From: Octopus sinensis | Lineage: Eukaryota | Length of the DNA: 14,872 nt | Assembly: GCF_006345805.1 (NCBI RefSeq) | Contig: NW_021825670.1 | Span: forward strand, 1 to 14,872 | Reading direction: 5' to 3' | Part shown: one piece after another, positions 9,064-14,872 of the stretch | Layout of the letters: the number at the start of each line of letters is the position of its first letter | Position numbering within the stretch: the stretch's first letter is position 1 | The notes under the pieces: generated by a model | What the model was told of the DNA's origin: nothing | What the model saw: the letters and a program-made list of their open reading frames with translations, nothing else | The model's database searches: none | Position numbers and translations under genes: made by a program

Positions 9064-9097
9064 TATATAGTCTTAACAAAAAATGAAGTAGACTGAC
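9064..9097 (+). repeat. 34-bp direct repeat of the fold-back spacer
   Basis: TATATAGTCTTAACAAAAAATGAAGTAGA(G/C)TGAC at 8911-8944 and 9064-9097, 33/34 identical. Confidence 0.95.
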
Positions 9098-9098
9098 A

Positions 9099-9099
<1 letters not shown>

Positions 9100-9183
<84 letters not shown>

Positions 9184-9213
9184 ATTATTATTATTATTAT
9201 TATTGTTATTATT
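9100..9213. repeat. (ATT)n(GTT)n(ATT)n microsatellite
   Basis: Directly visible. Confidence 0.97.
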
Positions 9214-9508
9214 GCCTTTGCACAGCCTCTAACGCTGGAGGTGTACTACGGTATCAGCTGTTCACTACTAGTGAACTAATGTAACACCACTTACTTTTGA
9301 GCACCTTCCGGTGTATTCGAGCGGTTCCAAGCAGTGCTGTTTTCCACAAGTGCTCCACCCTTATTGCAACCCCTATTTGTTCCATGTACTTCTCGAGATT
9401 TTTGCTCACTGTTCCCAGGGCTCCGACAATTGGTACTACTGCTACCTTTTTTCATCGACCATAACTGCTTAACTCCCCAAGCTAACCTGTCGTATCTCTC
9501 GACTTTTC
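9214..9508 (-). mobile_element. R4/Dong-like 3' fragment (family 2)
   Basis: KVERYDRLAWGVKQLWSMK/KVAVVPIVGALGTVSKNLEKYMEQIGVAIRVEHLWKTALLGTARIHRKVL; 3' UTR ends in (AAT)n. Confidence 0.85.
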
Positions 9509-9920
9509 ATACCTATTGAGATACTCTGTAGGCGCAAGAAGACTGCAAATGGAGACAACATGATCAATGGTTTAAATTTGTTGTTTACATTTACGACATG
9601 TTGAGCTATTGCCGTTCTTTACTATATTGACCTGGTAGCACCTTGTAGGTAGGCATTGATCTTGGGCTGCCATGATAAACACTTGTTTCTGATTTTAAGC
9701 CAGAAGACACTAACCATTGATTGGTAAGGGCTTTGTGGACATCGGCATTATTTGCTCTCTTTGGGTATTTGTCATTGAGAGGTTTTTCTTACCATTTATC
9801 AGTAAGAATATCTAAGGCAGCTGTTTTAGCACGGGTTTTCACACGCTTAAGTTTTTCTGTGCTTCTTTCCAGTACGTCTAATTCTGGAATTTGTTGTATT
9901 TGGAATACACTTAGATTTAT
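9507..9920 (-). mobile_element. R4/Dong-like fragment with zinc knuckle
   Basis: KW*EKPLNDKYPKRANNADVHKALTNQWLVSSGLKSET/FIMAAQDQCLPTRCYQVNIVKNGNSSTCRKCKQQI*TIDHVVSICSLLAPTEYLNRY: CX2CX8HX4C knuckle preceded by the AAQDQ.L.TR motif of R4-clade proteins. Confidence 0.9.
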
Positions 9921-9936
9921 CATTATTATTATTATT

Positions 9937-10537
9937 CAGTAGTTTTATTTTTATAGCGTGCTTTCACTTCACTATCAGACGTGCGCAGCTCTGTGTGCCT
10001 TGGTATGTGCTGTGATTTGTTGTGATGCTCTGATGGTTATTGTATGGAAAGTGTTCTGCGTAGGATGTGTGCAGTGCCTAGTAGTGCAATTTTCTGTATG
10101 TTATATGTGTGTTGTAAGTCCTGGTGTTTTTGTTATGTATTTGTCTGAATATTTTTTTATCATGCCTAATGCACCTACTATGTAGGAATTGTTGTTCTGT
10201 TTTTAGATTCCACATTCTGGTTACCTGTATTTCCAGGCTTTGTATTTTGAAAGTTTCCCCATTTCTTTTAGAGACACGTTGTCATCTGTCGGTATTGATA
10301 CATCAATTAGAAAGCATTTTTTTTCTTCATGATCTCTGACAACTATATCTGGTCTGTTAGCCTTAATTTCTCTATCTGTGTGTACCGGCATATCCCAGAG
10401 GATGGTTGCCGTGACCTTTTCTGGTGTGTGCCTATACTATCTTTTTTCTGTTGTTATTCCATAATGTTGGCATAGCTTCCAGTGTATGTAGGTTCCAACT
10501 CTGTCATGTCTGTGAATATATTCCTTCTTAGCCAGGA
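9937..10537 (-). mobile_element. R4/Dong-like 3' fragment with REL active site (family 3)
   Basis: LAKKEYIHRHDRVGTYIHWKLCQHY..ILWDMPVHTDREIKANRPDIVVRDHEEKKCFLIDVSIPTDDNVSLKEMGKLSKYK..VGALGMIKK..IQKIALLGTAHILRRTLSIQ* (RPD at 10355-10347, stop 10037-10039), with frameshifts; ends in (AAT)n. Confidence 0.92.
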
Positions 10538-10573
<36 letters not shown>

Positions 10574-11087
10574 GAGTGAGAGAGCAGTTCATGCCATCAA
10601 AGTGACACTGGGGTAAAATATACGAAGCCCAATATACCCATCATGACTACCCGTCTGATAAAGGCACACCAGGCACATGCATCACAACCATATGTGCGCG
10701 ACATGGTGATCTCATATCAAGATAAAAGCACATGACCTTGCAGGTGGGGCCCAGTTAGAATTTTCTTCAGGTTGAGTAGCCCATCCCGCTCAAACGGTCC
10801 CTGAATAAGGGTTGTTTAAGGATGTTGAAAGAACCACCCATATTTCCAGAGGTGAATTATTCAAACCCAAAGAATCCCTCTCAACACATGGCTATGATGC
10901 TCCCCCCACTACTTCTGCTCGTGATCAGAGATGCACATATCGTCAGCCACTAGGGACATGCTCAACTGGTTAAGGTCAAACAACTGACAAGCAAATCTGT
11001 GGTATTGAGCAGAATATTTGCTGTAGCCCATCTTTTATACCAAGACAAAACAATGTACATGATAACACTTCCAATCAGTTAAGATCA
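10574..11087. mobile_element. 514-bp non-coding interspersed element embedded in (ATT)n
   Basis: Complex, GC-richer sequence with sharp (ATT)n borders on both sides (10538-10573, 11088-11132); no ORF of 60 aa or more in the track; resembles an abundant octopus repeat as I recall it. Confidence 0.6.
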
Positions 11088-11132
<45 letters not shown>

Positions 11133-11133
<1 letters not shown>

Positions 11134-11335
11134 GACGTTGAACAGTATACAATATCGTGAGGTTGTTGATTGCAGATATTGTGTCTACCGGGGTTTATAC
11201 TGTCCGTCAAGTCACAACAAGGACCTCAGATAGACAGTACTTTACGCAATATGCGTGCAGTTCCAAGTAATGCCAACTTTTGCAATACATCTCGATTGTC
11301 GGGTATTTCTAAAGTTTACAGATTTGCTTAGAATG
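11133..11335 (-). mobile_element. R4/Dong-like extreme 3' fragment (family 5)
   Basis: EIPDNRDVLQKLALLGTARILRKVLSI* (11309-11226); 3' UTR runs into (AAT)n. Confidence 0.8.
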
Positions 11336-11404
11336 GGTGGTATTGAACTCGGACTACATAAGCGCAAAGTCAAATTCATAACTATTCGGCTATACAGCAT
11401 CTAC

Positions 11405-11493
11405 TATGTATGTATGTATGTATGTATGTATGTATGTATGTATGTATGTATGTATGTATGTATGTATGTGAATTATTGTGTGTCCGTATGTGC

Positions 11494-11534
<41 letters not shown>
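11405..11534. repeat. (TATG)n, (TG)n and (TA)n microsatellites
   Basis: Directly visible. Confidence 0.95.
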
Positions 11535-11536
<2 letters not shown>

Positions 11537-11548
11537 AATATAGATATA

Positions 11549-11749
11549 CGACCTTGTGTGTACCGTTAGCGATTTTTTCCCCTCTGTCTTCCCTTCTCTG
11601 GATCTTTCCTTCTCCTATGTTTCCGACGAAGAGCTCCGCTCGAAACGTTAAACCCTCCTTCTTCCCTTCTTTCCTGAGTGTCCAATAATACTATATTTGT
11701 TCCACGTCCTCGCGTTGTTGTGTTTTTTTGTGTTTTTTCTTGTTTGGAT

Positions 11750-11753
<4 letters not shown>
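11549..11753 (+). mobile_element. Penelope-like pseudo-LTR / mini-element inserted in (TA)n
   Basis: Pyrimidine-rich ~205-bp segment between two (TA)n tracts, containing a minimal hammerhead-like motif; same layout as 13796-13990. Confidence 0.65.
11619..11653 (+). ncRNA. Minimal type-I hammerhead ribozyme-like motif (U4C core variant)
   Basis: Stem I GTTT/AAAC; core CCGACGA + extra A; stem II GAG-ctccg-CTC; GAA; self-complementary stem III ACGT; triplet GUU. Confidence 0.6.
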
Positions 11754-11797
<44 letters not shown>

Positions 11798-11860
11798 TAT
11801 ACATACATATATGTTTGTATGTGTGTGTGTGTACAGACAGATAGACTGATAGATAGATAT
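11754..11860. repeat. (TA)n/(TG)n/(GATA)n microsatellites
   Basis: Directly visible. Confidence 0.9.
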
Positions 11861-11905
11861 GTAAGCACGCAATAACAAAGTTCAGCCGAATAGACGCGTT
11901 TTCGC

Positions 11906-12195
11906 CACCACACCACCACCACCACCACCACCAACCCCCCCACTACACCGCCAAACGCCTCCCAACCACCACCGCTGCAGCCGCCGCCACCACCACCACC
12001 AGCACCATCAACACCACTACCGCCACCAGCACCGCCACCACCACCAGCACCGCCACCACCACCACCACCAGCACCACCACCACCAGCACCAGCACCACCA
12101 CCACCAGCACCGCCGCCACCACCACCACCACCACCACCACCACCAGCACCGCCACCACCACCACCACCCTGTCACTACTACCACCAGTGCCACAC
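11906..12195. repeat. Degenerate (ACC)n repeat with AGC/GCC interruptions
   Basis: Directly visible; explains the poly-V ORF 11943-12167. Confidence 0.9.
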
Positions 12196-12394
12196 CATCT
12201 CTATAAACAACTCCAGATCTAATTTACAGGCAAGGAATTTTACTCAGGGGAATTTTCTAATTCACAGAACAGTTTTTTGGGTGTTTTTCACCTCTTAGTG
12301 GTGTGTGGAGGCGGGTGGGGGTGAGCGGATGGGGGTGGTGGTGGTCTCACATAGCTCCACTCGCGCACACTGACACACACAGAGACATATACGC

Positions 12395-12487
12395 ATATTC
12401 ATTATACATGTCTGTACGTACATATGTATAGTATGTGAGTGAGTATATACACGCACATACATGCTTGCATACACAGATAAACACACG

Positions 12488-12527
<40 letters not shown>

Positions 12528-12860
12528 ACACACATAAATACATATATATATATATGTATATATGCATGTATATAAATAGGCACCTACAGACACACGCACA
12601 CTCATACACATACACATATGCATATATGTATGTATGTGCGTGTATATATTTGCATGTGTATATATAGATGTATATATAAATATACCCATACATACAACTA
12701 TATACATATATATATATATATATATGCATACATCTATATATATAAGTATGTATGTATATATATATATATATATGTAAACATACATACATACATGAATACA
12801 TACATACATGTATACATGCGTATATTTGTATGTATGTATATTATGTGTAGCTACATATAC
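12395..12860. repeat. Compound (TA)n/(CA)n/(TACA)n microsatellite
   Basis: Directly visible; explains ORFs 12295-12935. Confidence 0.93.
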
Positions 12861-13245
12861 ACACAAAATACGTAAGTACATTCCACAAATACGAACACTT
12901 TCACTGAATCTATCAACGTACAACAGTACGTACACAGAAATTTATGAAAAATCCATCAGTATACTTGGACATTTAAGTCCGGCATCAATGGGCGTGCGAA
13001 AGTTCGAGAATGTGATTAATTTATTTCAGAAAACTTTTAGCAAAATGTTACAGAGGTTTAAAGTTTGATCATTTTTATCCAATCAGAAAACAAGCTTTGC
13101 GCGCAATAGCTGTCATAAAATGAAAGTAAAAATTAGAAGACGAGGTTTTAAACAAAACGAAGGGAATGCGTGAGAGTTGATACATATACAGAGCGAGTTA
13201 GAGAGAGAGAGAGAGAGAGAGACAAGAGTGTGGTCAGTGTATATA

Positions 13246-13360
13246 TATTTCTTTACTGCCCACAAAGGGCTAAACATAGAGGGGACAAACAAGGACAGAC
13301 AAAGGGATTAAGTCGATTACATCGACCCCAGTGCGTAAGTGGTACTTTATTTATCGACCC
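13246..13360 (-). mobile_element. SINE group A, 5'-truncated tail+partial core
   Basis: Aligns to 14017-14132 and 2175-2290. Confidence 0.9.
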
Positions 13361-13479
13361 TCATAGAGAGATAGATTGGTGGTGACAGATAGATAGTGGG
13401 AGAGTTGTCGATCTAAAAGTCGAGTTATTTCTCGCAGCTATTTCTCTTTTTTAATATTATTTACGGACAGCATTCTCTT

Positions 13480-13590
13480 TGCGATGCAGATTTCGAAAAT
13501 CAAATTCGTTTTTCTCATAGACACAATTTCAGAGTCTTTCGGAGCTAAGCATACATACATAACTGCATACACTCTCATTTTTATAGTATA
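13480..13590 (+). mobile_element. Possible 3' end of a second HINE-like element
   Basis: Short (CATA)n followed by CTCTCATTTTTATAGTATA, paralleling the 3' end at 7343-7378. Confidence 0.3.
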
Positions 13591-13614
13591 TGGTCTGTGG
13601 TCTGTGGTAATATA

Positions 13615-13680
13615 GTATACATACATACATACATACATACATACTACATACATACATACATACATACATACATACACACA
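13615..13680. repeat. (TACA)n microsatellite
   Basis: Directly visible. Confidence 0.93.
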
Positions 13681-13795
13681 AAAATATATTGATGTTGAAA
13701 TTCCAATGAAGGCGCCTTGAATCTAGGTTAGAAACCGGTCCTTTCTCTACTGGCAAGAAATCTTGAAATAAAACTGAACAATGACATACATATAT

Positions 13796-13990
13796 AACGG
13801 GAAGCTTTATGAAAATAAACAAAAGACGAAGGCAGGTGGAATACAAACAAACAATTGTATTAGTATAGCGCTCAGGAATATAAATAAAGCAAGTATTTTA
13901 CGTTTCGAGCCTACGCACTTCAACAGAAAGATACACAGAAAAGAAACACGGAGAGAAACAAGGAGAGAAAAAAAAGGAGAGAAAAAAAAA
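13796..13990 (-). mobile_element. Penelope-like pseudo-LTR / mini-element, second subfamily
   Basis: On minus: pyrimidine-rich leader, hammerhead-like motif, TTCCTGAGCG..TAATAC..TTCCAC motifs shared with 11549-11753, 3' end running into TATATA. Confidence 0.65.
13894..13931 (-). ncRNA. Minimal type-I hammerhead ribozyme-like motif (A6U core variant)
   Basis: Minus strand tcttt-CTGTTGA-A-GTG-cgtagg-CTC-GAA-ACGT-A-aaata: stem I TTT/AAA, stem II with one mismatch, palindromic stem III, GUA triplet. Confidence 0.5.
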
Positions 13991-14013
13991 TGCGTGCAGA
14001 AGCTAGCGAATCA

Positions 14014-14248
14014 TATCTATTTCTTTATTACCCACAAGGGGCTAAACACAGAGAGCACAAACAAGGACAGACATAGGTATTAAGTCGATTACATCGACCC
14101 CAGTGCGTAACTGGTACTTAATTTATCGACCCCGAAAGGATGAAAGGCAAAGTCGACCTCGGCGGAATTTGAACTCACAACGTAACGGCAGCCGAAATAC
14201 CGCTAAGCATTTCGCCCGACATGCTAACGATTCTGCCAGCTCGCCGCC
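14014..14248 (-). mobile_element. SINE group A, full-length, with 14-bp target-site duplication
   Basis: Complete head, core and tail; AGCGAATCATA(T/C)CT at 14005-14018, 14251-14264 and 14265-14278. Confidence 0.93.
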
Positions 14249-14276
14249 TAAGCGAATCATACCTAGCGAATCATAC

Positions 14277-14450
<174 letters not shown>

Positions 14451-14608
14451 TTAGCTCAAACACATACCACATACATATGCGCTAAAATTTATTCAAGAAA
14501 ACTTTTTTATACGAAAACTTTTCAGTAAAATGTGATTCTCCTCCTTTCATGCAAAACTTTCTTTGCACACTAATACAATTTTACAGCAAGCATTTACTTG
14601 AAAATGCC

Positions 14609-14660
14609 ATGATATATATATGTGTGTGTGTGTGTGTATATGTATATGCATATATATATG

Positions 14661-14696
<36 letters not shown>

Positions 14697-14700
14697 TATG

Positions 14701-14758
<58 letters not shown>

Positions 14759-14789
14759 TAGATATAGATATATATATATATATATAGAT

Positions 14790-14825
<36 letters not shown>

Positions 14826-14872
14826 GATATATATATATATATAGATATATATATATATATATATATATATAT
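14609..14872. repeat. (TG)n/(TA)n microsatellite running to the window end
   Basis: Directly visible. Confidence 0.97.

Noticed and set aside
11906-12195. Thr/Ala/Ser-rich mucin-like reading frame on +
   Set aside because: No start codon or splice acceptor; similar ACC repeats occur at 1660-1740; best explained as a degenerate microsatellite.
13026-13048. GAAAACTTTT(C)AG(C/T)AAAATGT similar to about 14513-14533
   Set aside because: About 20 bp, A/T-rich, with no extended flanking similarity.
13078-13110. CCAATCAG and GCGCGC as a promoter
   Set aside because: Isolated short motifs with no associated transcription unit visible.
13681-13790. Possible interspersed repeat bounded by (TACA)n
   Set aside because: Looks familiar from memory, but no second copy or diagnostic structure in the window supports a call.

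Overview
Eukaryotic, AT-rich, repeat-saturated intergenic or intronic DNA. No host gene can be supported. The SINE families look like those I recall from Octopus (inference from memory, not a database search). Contents: (i) two tRNA-headed SINE groups, including a head-to-tail array, a chimera and tail-swapped variants; (ii) an internally deleted HERO-like REL-endonuclease non-LTR relic (about 5223-6300) bracketed by ~110-bp diverged direct repeats; (iii) six minus-strand fragments of R4/Dong-like REL retrotransposons from about five families plus a 514-bp non-coding element, strung along (TAA)n tracts (7901-11335); (iv) an 83-bp-stem fold-back whose loop is duplicated just downstream; (v) a Helentron/HINE-like element and a pogo-like TIR; (vi) three short Penelope-type elements carrying minimal type-I hammerhead-ribozyme-like motifs, all with non-canonical cores; (vii) many microsatellites. 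Almost all ORFs in the supplied track are microsatellite or antisense artefacts; only 8527-8766 and the C-terminal part of 8065-8304 are real, transposon-derived coding sequence.
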